Below, piece by piece: positions 1 to 12,165 of a stretch of DNA of 64,000 bases (positions within the stretch are counted from its first letter, which is position 1; each line of letters starts with the position of its first letter). A model generated the notes under the pieces. The model was not told the origin of the DNA, searched no databases, and worked only from the letters and a program-made list of their open reading frames with translations. The position numbers and the translations under genes are program-made. The stretch spans positions 5,235,196-5,299,195 of the forward strand of contig NC_068997.1 of assembly GCF_001194135.2 (NCBI RefSeq). The letters run 5' to 3'. Source of the stretch: Octopus bimaculoides. Lineage: Eukaryota.

Positions 1-520
1 CGAAAGATATCATGTGACGCCCGCACATGAGCCAGTCCAGGGGCACTGGCAACGATCTCGCTCGAAAAACCTCATGTGTCACCCGCACAAGAGCCGGCCC
101 AGGGGCACCGGCAACGATCTCGCTCGAGAGATATCATGTGTCACCCGCACATGAGCCAGTCCAGGGGCACTGGCAACGATCCCGCTCGAAAGATTTCATG
201 TGTCACCCGCACAAGGGCCAGTCCAGGGGCACTGGCAAACGATCCCGCTCGAAAGATTTCATGTGTCGCCCGCACAAGAGCCAGTCCTTGGGCACTGGCA
301 ACGATCTCACTCGAAAGATATCATGTGTCGCCCGCACATGAACCAGTCCGGGGGCACTGGCAAACGATCCCGCTCGAGAGATATCATGTGTCACCCGCAC
401 AAGAGCCAGTCCAGGGGCACTGGCAACGATCTCGCTCGAAAGATTTCATGTGTCACCCGCACATGAGCCAGTCCAGGGGCACCGGCAACGATCTCGCTCG
501 AAAAAAACCTCATGTGTCAC
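1..520 (-). repeat. 62-63 bp minisatellite (about 8.4 units, runs off the window edge) derived from the RTE LINE 3' tail
   Basis: Unit starts at 29, 91, 153, 215, 278, 340, 403, 465. The reverse complement (cgagcgagatcgttgccagtgcccctggactggctcttgtgcgggtg) occurs once in the RTE tail at about 32342-32390. Confidence 0.92.
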
Positions 521-1539
521 TGTTGGCTAGTTAATTTCTCACTGCTTTTTGTTCACCCTCAACAATATTTCAGTCATCTATGTTAGGTAAAAACAGTATG
601 AATGTTAGAGATTAAGAAACTTCACTAGTAACTCCCCATATATTATATGTCTCACATTACCACTGACCTTTCGAAGAATATGAACATCCATTTCGTAAAA
701 CTTCCATAAAAAACAAACTTTATCAAGCAGAAAAGTTAAACTTGATGGAATATAGGTGCATACAATTATATTTAACATATTTGTGCAATCACAAGTGCGG
801 AAAGACCTTCACTGTGGAAATTATATTTGGATGGAAATTCTCCTTTCAGACAATATGTGAAAAACATACCACTGGGCTATGAATGACATCATTGAACAGT
901 AGAAACATTTCTGTGTTGTTACACTTCAGCTACGAGCAACAAGTTCATTGTTCAAAGCCCACTAAGAACTGCCATTCTAATACTTAAACAGCCAATAAAA
1001 CATTTGCTGATGTGTGCAAAGCTTAGTCAAGCTGGAATTAATAAACTAAGTAGTGCTGATAGAAGTATTGGTGTCTACAATTATAATTAAAATGAACATG
1101 TTGGATAAACTGTACACATCTATTTTTCAATCCACATGACTTAGCATACTTCTAGTTAACCTTGATGGATTTTGAACCTATAACAACAACTTCACTGCAT
1201 TTAAACCAGTATTCTACAGTTAGAAATATTTACAAGATCACATATTGTAAGGGTGGAGGATATTCGATATGACTCCCAACCCCAATACATAGATAGTACT
1301 CGTTTCATCAACACTAAGAGAGATGAAATAAAATTTTTTAAAATAGATTTGATAACAGGATTTGAAGTCTGAACATTAAGGGAGCCAATAAAACACTATG
1401 GTCTGATTCCACTGCTTAAATTAATACACTGAACTATTTATATACAACCCTCGTTTATATAAAGAAATTGAAACTGGAAGTGAGTGGAGAAGTATAAAGA
1501 AATGGACGAGGGAAATAACAACAACAAGGGTTTACTAAC

Positions 1540-1602
1540 CTCGCACCATTTGACAGGTTTTGACAACATGAGTGTGAGGATGATCAACAGTTAAATCAAA
1601 AC
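1540..1602 (-). CDS. CCNT: Cyclin T internal exon, equivalent to vertebrate exon 5 ([22 protein letters not shown])
   Basis: 63-nt exon with acceptor gtttacag and donor gttagt. Contains the diagnostic DHPHTHVVK motif and is in phase with the 3938-3998 exon. Confidence 0.96.
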
Positions 1603-3937
1603 CTGTAAACGAGAAGGAATCATTGCTGAAATATTCTCATGGCATCGACAACAACATAAATGCTTCAATTATTTATGATTAGATCATTTAACAATACTTC
1701 ACAGTGTGTGTATAACAAAACTAACAGTACCTGTAGAAATTCCAGTCCATTTTGTGGTACACTGTCAGCCATAAACATCTCCCCACTAGGTAATAATATC
1801 CTGTCATTTCCTTCATAATCTTTTAATTAATTTCTAGGAAATCTTGTCTATTCTTTTCAGTCATGTGCTCTCATCTAACTTATTTTCCCATTCTGGCTTT
1901 TCTTGCCTATCATTGTTCATATCTTGCCTTCGTTGAATAACAATTTTCAATCTTCCCCTTTTAGCTTCATCTTTATTATTTGTCATGCAACATCTTTTAG
2001 GTTCAGTTCTCGCATGAACTTCATTTTATTTCCTCCCTGAGTTAATGCTTATCATTCCTTATTCTCCTCTCTTTATTTCTAATTCTTATATTTTCTCTCT
2101 GCTCTTTTCCCAATCTTTCCCTGTATTTTTCTCTGCCTTGCTCAATTCAATTCTTGCTGTAGTGCTCTATAATTATTGTCCACTGTAACAGACCAAACTC
2201 CATATCAGTAATGAAATAATTCAAGAAGCACTTGATATTATATAACTCGTAAAACCCATATCCAGGATACAGTGTAACACATACACATACATAGCTGTTG
2301 TGTGCATGTTGCATGTGTGCACATGCCAGTAGTGTTCATATATGTGTGACTGTGTGTGTGCATGCACATGCACACATTTTAGTAGCATTTGTTTGAATCT
2401 CTCATGTACACTTTTGCTGTACCCTTTCTGCAATGTGACAGATTTTTTTTTATACTACAAGAATATACAAAAGATAGGAGAACCCTTGAGTTTTTGAACA
2501 ATTTGTTTAACCCATTCTATTACTTGGTAGCAAAAATCTTTTACTTAGTGCTTGCATCACCATTCTGCTTTTACATATGACAAACCTGAGTGAAAAATGG
2601 AAGGTGAAAATCAGAGAAATCAAAAAAGAGTTGTTAAACATTATTTCACTCCATAAAGAAGTTCTGCAAGATAGAATGTCTGCTTATAGAAGTTGCAGGA
2701 CATCAAGATAGCTCAATTTGCAACTACGTGGTTCTGGGTTCAACCTGACCATGTGGCAACTGGGGCCTGTGTCATTTACTATTGTCTCAGGTTGGCTAAT
2801 GGTCTGTGAGAGGAATTTGTTGGTAAACAGAGACTGTGTGGAAATAATGGCCTGTATCATCATCATTTTGTGTCCACTTTTCCTTGCTTGCATAGGTAAG
2901 ACAGAGTTTATTGAGGCAGATTTTCTACAGCTGAATGTCCTTTCTGTTACCAACCACCATCAGTTTCCAAGCAAATAATATATCTCATAGCCAAACATGT
3001 TTATGTAGAAAATTAAAAATGACTGATACTGCTTGTAAGACAGTGACACTCATTTACAACTATCACATAGCGTCAAGACAGGCACATACTAACACACACA
3101 CACACACACAGGATTTTTTCCCCTCTACCAAATCTGTTCATAAGGCCTTGGTCAGCCTACGGGTACAGCAGAAGACACTAGCCATTCAGTGGGATTGAAC
3201 CCAATCCACACGGTTGGAAAAAAAACTTCTTAAACCAATGTATGTGTGTATTTATGTTTTTATATTTATACCTTTTGCCAATGTATACTAGCAAAAGCTC
3301 TAAGTGATGGTGAGAAATGGTAGGAAAAAAAAAGTGTTGTCTATCTCAACAAAAGAAATACAATGAACTAGTAATTGGTTTGTTACATGTAATTAATGCT
3401 ATTGCAACAATAAATCTCTTATTTTACTTACCCTCCCTTATCCCCCACTGACTAGAACTGCCACCCACCTGCTTTTCTATTCTTCCTCAGTCTTGCCAGT
3501 TAAGAAATAGTAATCATTAGTATTCATGCCATGATAAAAACATCCAGTACACTTTGTAAAGTGGTTGGCACTATGAAGGGCACCCAGTCATAGAAACCTT
3601 ATCAAAGCAAACATTGGAGCATGATACATCCTCCAACTCAATAGATCCTGTTGAACTGTTCAACCCATGCGAGCATGGAAAGCTGGCATAAAATGATGAT
3701 GATATCTAATTGATTATATGTCGTGTCTAGTAAACCACAATTTTTTTTTCAGTGGTATTTAAATATCACAGTGTGAGGGTAATTTGGTAGATATAATCAT
3801 AACATTCACCCCTAGCCCATTTCCTGAAACTAGTCAAAAGGTGACAAGTACTCCATTGTGCCTCTGACTAAGAGGCATGACAAAATAAAATAGAATAGAT
3901 CACAATATACATAAAAGAATACAAACGAGACACTTAC

Positions 3938-3998
3938 CAAGCGTTTGTAGAAGTATATTCTCATTTCTCACCAATTCTGTTGTCATCATCAGATAAGT
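3938..3998 (-). CDS. CCNT: Cyclin T internal exon, equivalent to vertebrate exon 4 (TYLMMTTELVRNENILLQTL-G)
   Basis: 61-nt exon with acceptor tctttgtttcag and donor gtaagt. Matches human [21 protein letters not shown] in sequence, length and phase. Confidence 0.93.
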
Positions 3999-4922
3999 CT
4001 GAAACAAAGAATGAAAGAAAAAAAATTACTTTATTTATTCATTGGGGGGGAAAAAATGGTTCTTTTTTTTTTTAGTTAGGTTTAGTTCATTTTATTTTTG
4101 CTATGAATGTTTTCAGTATTGAAGTAAACAAGAGGAAGGAAACAGTGATATAATAATTAGACAATTTATAATGGAGCAGCAAAGCACATATGTAACTACT
4201 ACAGCAGGAATGATTTCAATAATTTGATATTGTTCATATAAGAGATGTTTGAAGTTATTAAAACACTGTGGTCTTTAATAACTTAATATATTTTAAAATA
4301 CTGAAAAGTTAACTTGACACGTTCATAAACCAAATCATTTAAAATATTTTGAGTTGCTTCCCTTATGAAGCAAAAATTAATGTAAACTTTCTTGCAAGGT
4401 AAGAAGAAACAAAACAATTTGAAAGTAGACAACAGGTTGATTTGGGGTAAATGGTAGTATGTCGTAGTTATAGAAGATGTGACCCAAGTCCTCAAGACAG
4501 CTTTCTGCCACCCCCACCCCCACTTCATGCAAAAGGATTCTAACTTAACGTATAATAAAGCTGTTATCTATAGCTGAATCCACTTGGAGATAAATCATCA
4601 TTAAAAACTTTTCTTTTACTTGTGTTAAGTCATTGAACTTTGGCCATGTTGGGGCACTGCCTTGAAGGGTTTAAGTTCAACCCCAGTCCTTATTTTTTAA
4701 AGTCTGGAACTGCTATTTACATATGTGTTCTAAATGTAAAGAAACCAATTCAATTTTTTTGAAATATAAAAATAAAAGTAGCTTGGAAGAAGAGCAACAA
4801 AAAAGCAAAGAGACACAAACAAAATTAACAAGTTGAAATGGAAATTGTGAACAGAATCCACATGATTAATCTTTCTTCAAAAGTAAATATGCATGGGATT
4901 TAATCATGTGTAATGAGTATAC

Positions 4923-4925
<3 letters not shown>

Positions 4926-4994
<69 letters not shown>

Positions 4995-4996
4995 CG
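4926..4996. repeat. (GT)n microsatellite with (GC)n tail
   Basis: Direct inspection. Confidence 0.95.
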
Positions 4997-5885
4997 CATG
5001 CCCATCCACGTGTCCTCATACGTCCATGTCAACTTGCCAAACTTCTGCAAAGTTTACATGTACCTAATTTCACTCATAAGGCTTTACCCAATCTGGAGCC
5101 ATGCCAAAAGGAAGTTTTTAATCAAGGTTTGAATCTTGATTGAATCCACACTCATATGGTAAGCATTCAGCCATGACAATACTTAAACCTTGTTTTAATT
5201 ACACTGGCATCTGGTTTAACAACCATCCACCACCACTGCTACAGTCAACTCAACTGGATGACCTCCTGATATTGGTAAAGTGGTAACACCAAAACAGTAA
5301 TGAAACAATAGACAATAATGTATATGGTCGCAGCTTTGAAATAAATGGAAAAAGCTTAATTGGTGCAACACAATTCTAACATTTAACTGTTGTGTGTGAA
5401 ATGAGAAAGAGGGGAGGGCACAAGAATGTGCTACAAAGATAGTGGAGTAAAGTGAATGGGGGCTGATTGGGGGCTGATAGAAGTTGAAGCCACTATTAGT
5501 GAAATGGGAAAATGACTCTAGTATGTTAGGCAGGATTTACAAATGAAATAAACAATTGAAGAAAAAGAAAGCACCCATCTAATTTATGTCAACAAATGAG
5601 ATTTAAAGTTGCTGTTAGTGTCACATAAATCAAAATAATTATGACTAAAATGCATTTACATTTCTGTCAACGAGTATACAAATTTTAGATTATATCTGAT
5701 TTATGAGAGGTTCATTTGAAATATTAAAAATAATAATCCTTTCTATCAGTCACCAGGCCTGAAATTTTGGGGGAGGAGCTTGTCAATTATATCAACCCTA
5801 GTGCTCAACCCGTACTTATTTCATCAACTCCAAAAAGATAAACGACTAAGTCATCCTCAGTATAATAATGATAGTAGTAGTAGTA

Positions 5886-5920
<35 letters not shown>

Positions 5921-5921
<1 letters not shown>

Positions 5922-8880
5922 GTGCTTTGTGACCGTGCAGCACAGGTTTGGTTTTCATCCAGAGGCTGCTTATACTCAGTCAGAGAAAAAGGTGGGATAA
6001 TGAGGCAAATTGAATTGTAATTAATTGCTTTATCAGAAGTGAACCCAGTAGAAGGGACTTCCAACAATGCATGAAATCAAAATGGGATGAAATAGGACGA
6101 TGCGAGATAAGTGAGAGATGATTAGCCGACTAGGCAAGAACAATAAGAACAAATGGGTAGCTAACAGATATGGAGATTGAAGAAATAAAATGGAAAATAG
6201 AAAACAATGATAATACTGTACCAGCAGATAGTGTGCCTAATTAAAGGTGACAGTGAAGATGTAGGGGAAAGAGCGACATTACAAGAATACGATGATCAAC
6301 AAGACAGTGAGGGTGGTGTGCTGGTATATTAGAGAAGTCAAGGATCAAACAACACCCAATCTGAGATATGTTGATAGGTATAAGCTAAAAGCTGAAATTG
6401 AAAAGATAGATTCTGTCCTTGGACTATACCAGACGTGAAGGAAAACTGAAACCAACAAGATTAGGGCTGCAGCTATGGTCGCCACAGAAAGAGTTGGATA
6501 TAAAAGAAGAGGACAAACAGAGCATAAAGAACCACACTGATGTAGACGATTTGTAAGAAACAAAGTTAAAAAGATATTTGGATCAAGTTGATAAATTAAA
6601 AAGAGGAGAATTGCAAAATGAAAGCAAAAGACTGGAAAGAACATACAGAATAAAAGATAATGTGTATGATGTGATGTTGGAAGAATTGAAACGAAGAGCA
6701 AGGAAAAACTGGAAAGATATGACAGTAGATCAGAACAATTCAGGCAGAACAGATTGTCTGAAACCAATCTGAAAAACCTGTTTGAGGAAGCAGATGAGCA
6801 ATTACACCTAACATTGATACCTGAGGCAGGCAAAAGCAGAGCATTCTGGGGTGAATCTGTAAAGCATAGCGATAAAGCAAAGTGGCTGCATGAAACCCAA
6901 GTAATATACAGAGTCAAGACAATATAAAAAATAGCTACAGAAATAATAAAAAGACAATTAAGGAAAATCCCAATTGGAAGAGCCCAGGGTTGGATGGTAT
7001 CCAAGGTTATTGGATGAAGAAGCTGAGCAGGATCCATGAAAGGATAGTACAGCAGCTGGATGAGTGCTTACAGGAAGGCTCAGTACTCAACTGGATGACA
7101 AAGAGAAAGACATTGTTATGTGCTGAGGATCCTGGAAAGGGTAATAATGTATCCAACTTTTAACCAATAATGTGTCTTCCACCGATGTGGATACTATTGT
7201 CAGGTACTTTGGCCAGTGGACTGCATAGATACTTGTATGAAATGTTGGAAAACTGAATTGACAGCAGAGAATCAGCTATTAAGTGAAAATCAGGAGAGGA
7301 ATCTTCCAGGGCAACAGTGTATCCTCAATGATCTTTGTGCTGGGAATGATTCCTTGAATGAAATACTGCAGAAGACAAAGTTGGGATATGATCTGAGAAG
7401 TGGTAAGGGAAAACTTAACCCATCTGCTATTCAAGGATGATTTGAAATTTACAAAAAGTGAGGCAGAACCAAACAGTCTAGCTCAGTCTGTGTGAACTTT
7501 CTCAAATGATATCAAGATGGAGTTCGGAATTTCAAAATGTGCTGAGATGAGGAAAGCTTGTCAAGTCAGAAGGTATAAGTATGCCAAGTGGTGAAATGAT
7601 GAAGGCAATTGAACCTGAATCCAAATAATAAATACCTGGGAACACTTGAGGCAGATGGAATTAACCCCAATAATTTGAAAGAAAAGACAAAGAAAGAGTA
7701 CCTGTAACAAGTGAGAAAAATATTGGATTCAAAGGTCAATGTCAAAAACATAATTTCAGTAATAAACTCATGCGCAGTCATAGTAGTTCAGTGTGGCACT
7801 GAACTTCTGATGAAGTGGACAGAGGATGAACTCAAGGAGTTAACAGGATGACAAGAAAAGCCCCTAACAGTGCATGGAGCTCATCATCCATGTGCAGATA
7901 TTATCGCCTATACATGAAGAGAGCAAATGGAGGAAGGAGATTGGTAAGCGTGGAAGATTGCATACATATCAAACTCAGCAGCTTATTGAAATACCTACCC
8001 CAAAGATAGGAAACTTTGCTAGTGTCAGTTAAGGATGAGAGAGTATTGAAAGCAGAGAAATGGGAAAAGACAAAACAAGAAGTACAAAAAGGACATGAAG
8101 AAGCACTATGCAACAAGGGACTACACAATCAATTCCATGTAGCCACAACTGAAGCTGCTGGAAAACATGGTGGGAAAGGCTAAAGAAAGGAGCAAAACTG
8201 AAGGCATCATACTGGCAGTGCAAGACCAAGTTTTGGCCACAAATTGGAGTGTCAATCTTTGGAATGAGCAAGTGTCTCTACTGTGCCACATTTGTAACAG
8301 TGCAAATGAAACCACTGCCCATATTGTGAACAAATGCTCTAAACTTGCTCAAAATCATTATAAGTTGTGGCAACTCGATGAGGTAGCAAAAGTGCTACAT
8401 TGGAAAATATGTGAAAAGTGGGGTCTAGAGAGAGGCAAGACACAGTATGAGCACAAACTGCAAAGAGTGGCAGAGTTGGAAACCTGCAAAATCTCAATCC
8501 AAACAGATCAGGTACTAGAGCCCAACAAACCAGACCTAGTGGTGGTGGACAAGGTGAACCACGTTTACTATATAATTAATGTTGTGTGCCCCTTTTACCC
8601 ACAAATAGCCAAGAAGGAAGGTGTAAAAAGAGATATATAGAATCCTCTTAAGTATGAAATAGCGCAGCTATGGACAATGAAGAAGGTGAAAATAGTGCCA
8701 ATTATTGTTGGGTTCTTGGAATCAGTATCAGAAGGCATCAAGAGGAATATAAAGGAAATGAGAATAGAATGCCAAGTAGAACTGTTACAAAAGGTCTGCC
8801 TCCTTGGCATGGCCAGAATAATCAGGAAAGTATTAAATGCAAGACTCTTTGAGTTCCAACAAAATCAGAGTTGTTAATAA
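5921..8880 (+). mobile_element. Decayed near full-length non-LTR retrotransposon of R4/Dong type (RT plus restriction-like endonuclease)
   Basis: Frameshifted motifs in order: PNWKSPGLDGIQGYWMKKL (~6970), GIFQG (~7300), FKDDL (~7430), KYLG (~7630), CCHC knuckle CHICNSANETTAHIVNKC, and PNKPDLVVVD RLE (ORFs 8167-8640 and 8677-8877). (TAA)n at the 5' flank. Confidence 0.88.
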
Positions 8881-11180
8881 TGCCCTGATGCCATACCAGG
8901 CAGTGGCTCTTATGGCTTCTGATCTTAACTGATTGGAAGTGTTATCAAGGACATGTTTTGTCTCGGTGTAAAAGATAGGCTACAGCAAATATTTTGCTCA
9001 ATACCACAGATTTGCTTGTCAGTTGTTTGACCATAACCAGTTGAGTGGCTGACAATGTGTGCATCTTTGATCATGAACAGAAGTAGTAGAGGAGCATCAT
9101 AGCCATGTGTTGAGAAGAATTCTTTGAGATTTGAATAATTCATCTTGGAAAACATGGTTGTTTCATTCAACATCATTAAACAATTCTTATTCAGGGACAT
9201 TTTGAGTGGGATGGGTTACTCATCTTGAAGAAAACTCTGAGCCCCACCTACAAAGTCATGAAACCACCCTGTCACACACATATGGTTGTGATGCATGCGC
9301 TTGGTGTACACTTATCAGGCACGTAGTCATGATGAGTATATTGGGCTTTGTATATTTGCACTCTAGTGTCACTTTGATGGCATGGATTGCTCTCTCGATC
9401 AATAATTATAATGAAGAGATAACCTCTGCCCCATAGGTGAGTATGTCAAGGTAGTAAATAAGAAACTAGCATACCTTTGCTTACAAGTATTCATCTGTAG
9501 GGGGCCAATAAGGCTTAAAGATGCATTGCCTAGTGGTTAGGATGTAGCACCTACAATCACAAGACCTTGGTTTTGGTTCCCAGACTAGGTGGTGCATTGT
9601 GTTCTTGAGCAAAACACTTCACTTCACGTTGCTCCAGTCCAGAGCTGTAAATCAGTAATTCTGTAAAGGACTGGCAGCCTGTACAGCAGTAATGCAATAC
9701 TGGTCACTTACATGTCAGGGACACCAGGTAAACAGCCCTATGAGTTCAAGAACTTGAGATGATGATGATAGCTTATTTGTAGCAGGGACAGACAGGAGTA
9801 GAATCATTGTAGAATCATTGATAATGATGCCATGGTAACACTGGTCAAAACTAATTTATCAATGTTGCTAATGAGAAGATTGCAAGTATGTCTTACTGAA
9901 ATGTTTAAAATGAGGATAAGAGTGGTGGCTGTGGACAAATAGAGCCGTCTATAAAATCAGGGGTTAATCTATTAAAGTGAATGCAAAGAAACCAAAAACC
10001 ACAGCCAGTTATGTCAGCCATGAGTCTCCACATATGCCATCCCCTCCTTACAAATGCATGTGTAGAAACATTCAACAGATTTGTAAGACCTTTTTACTGA
10101 AGCTGTTATGCAAAAACAACCAAACTCAGCACTCTTATGTTTGTTCCTTGTCTTTGTAAAGTCAAGATGGGTCAAAATGGTTATAGCAACTCAATATTCA
10201 ACATTGGCAGCATTAAACAAGACACAAATGTTAAAAGACAACATACATAGCCATTAAATAAATAGTTAAGATTTAAAAAAAAAAAATTAAGAGCCACTTT
10301 GTCATGTATGCTGCTTAATTAAGTGATGAAGATTGTTTCAATTTAGATATACAACAAAAACACTAATTAAATACTAATTGAATATTCAAGAAGTAATTGT
10401 TACAGTTACGATTATAATATCATTATTTGAACTATTAACTTTATTTCTTGAGATGAAATATATTGTCATCCTGGCAATTTTGAGGGAAGGGGGAGGTTGA
10501 TTACATCGACCACAATACTCCATTGATATTGGTACTTATTTTATTGACCTCCAGAAGGATGAAAGGCAAAGTTAACCTTGGCAGCATTTGGATTCAGATT
10601 GTAAAGAATCCATAAGAAATGCCTGCCTGGCACATCAACAACTCTACCAGATCACTACCTTTGAGATGAAATATATTAAAGAGTACAAAAAAATGTTTAT
10701 TAAAATTAATTTACCTATTAACAAAAAAACTGTTTAGCCAGAAAAAAAAAAAGAAGCTAAACACAAAAACAAGCATAAATGATAGTGTATAACTAAGAGG
10801 GAAAAAAACATCTCACAATCACGCATACACACGCATGTATCTCTACTTGATGTCCACTGAAGAGCATAGCTGTCCACCCACATACATGTGCAGAAAATAT
10901 AAATCCAATCAAAAGACAGAATTACAGACTAAATGATAAGGATGGTTTATTTGTTTAGTCTATTAGAATCAGAGAATGGGAAAAGAGATTCTCTACTTGC
11001 CGATAAGTTAAGTGGACTGTGAGAAGTCTGAATGACAAAAAGATAAAAGTATTGTTAATGATAAAAGAAGGGCTTCAAGTTCAACATCAACAAATTTTTA
11101 ATGAAATATGTGAAATGATACTGAAAACAGAAAATAATAGAGCAGACTACAGAGTGTTGATGATATACGCAACACACACA

Positions 11181-11226
<46 letters not shown>

Positions 11227-11282
11227 CATACACACACACACGCATTTAGGAATAAAAAATTTACTTCTCACGCAAGGACAAA

Positions 11283-11801
11283 TAGAGGAGAATTTGGTTT
11301 GGGAGGTAAAAATGTACCTGGGTCTTAAAACGAACTGTAGTTTTTTACGTTTTTAATGTTTAAAATATCAAATTGGTTTCAACAATTTTTTAAAAATTTT
11401 CAATGGNNNNNNNNNNTATTCAATAAGCTTCACAACAATAGGAAATGAAAGTTCAAATGTTTGATAAATTCTATGAGTAATGAATTAAAATTTATTGAAC
11501 ATTTGAGCTTTCATAATTTCCTATTGCTGTGAAACTAATTTGCAATGAAAACCTCTTGAACATTTTTTTTCCTTTTTTTTTTTAGCATAATTTACTGCTT
11601 TGGACTTTTCTCCTATGCAAACTTTCTTCTAAACTTCTTGCCTGTTTTTTTTTTTTTAAATCTTATATTGACCATTGAAAATTTTTAAAGTGGTTGAAAT
11701 CAGTGTGATACTTAAATAGATTTTTAAAAAATAAAAAGAAAGCTACAATCTGTTTTAAGAACCAGATGCATTTTCAACACCCCCAAATCAATTTTCCTAT
11801 A
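11283..11801. mobile_element. Foldback/MITE-like palindromic element
   Basis: Arm ~11286-11406 is the imperfect reverse complement of ~11670-11798. A second inverted pair lies inside (~11430-11470 vs ~11489-11531). A 10-N gap sits at 11407-11416. Confidence 0.75.
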
Positions 11802-12024
11802 CAACTTTTGTTTGTTTCAGTCACTGGACTGAGACCATACTGGAGCACTACCTTGAAGAGTTTCAAGCAAATTATTGACCCAATAATCATTTTTTAAGTC
11901 TGGTACGTATTCTATCAGTCCCTTATGCCAAACTGCTAAATTACAGGGATGAAAACAAACCAGCACTGTTTGTCAAGTGGTGGGAGGAAGAAAAAAAAGA
12001 CACATATGATAGGCTTCCAGACAG

Positions 12025-12165
12025 TTACTGCCAACTAAATTCACTCACAAGGCATTGGTTAACCTGAGGCTGCAGAAGACACTTGCCGAAGGTGCTGTGT
12101 GGGGGGATTGAACTTGAAACCATGTAGTTGCAAAGTGAGCTTCTTAACCATATAGCCATGCCTGC
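12025..12165 (-). mobile_element. tRNA-derived SINE (same family)
   Basis: Reverse complement of the 18915 family: ctcacaaggc...gaagacacttgccgaagg...cttcttaacc. Confidence 0.8.

Noticed and set aside
1-520. CRISPR-like appearance (regular palindromic repeats)
   Set aside because: There are no unique spacers, the whole unit repeats, there are no cas genes, and the unit matches an RTE tail in a eukaryotic intron.
6345-7037. 230-aa hydrophobic minus-strand ORF
   Set aside because: It is the antisense shadow of the purine-rich R4/Dong element.
9897-9948. 52-nt exon-like segment (TALFVHSHHSYPHFKHF) with AG/GT ends on the minus strand
   Set aside because: Length and sequence do not match cyclin T exon 2 or 3; likely chance splice signals.
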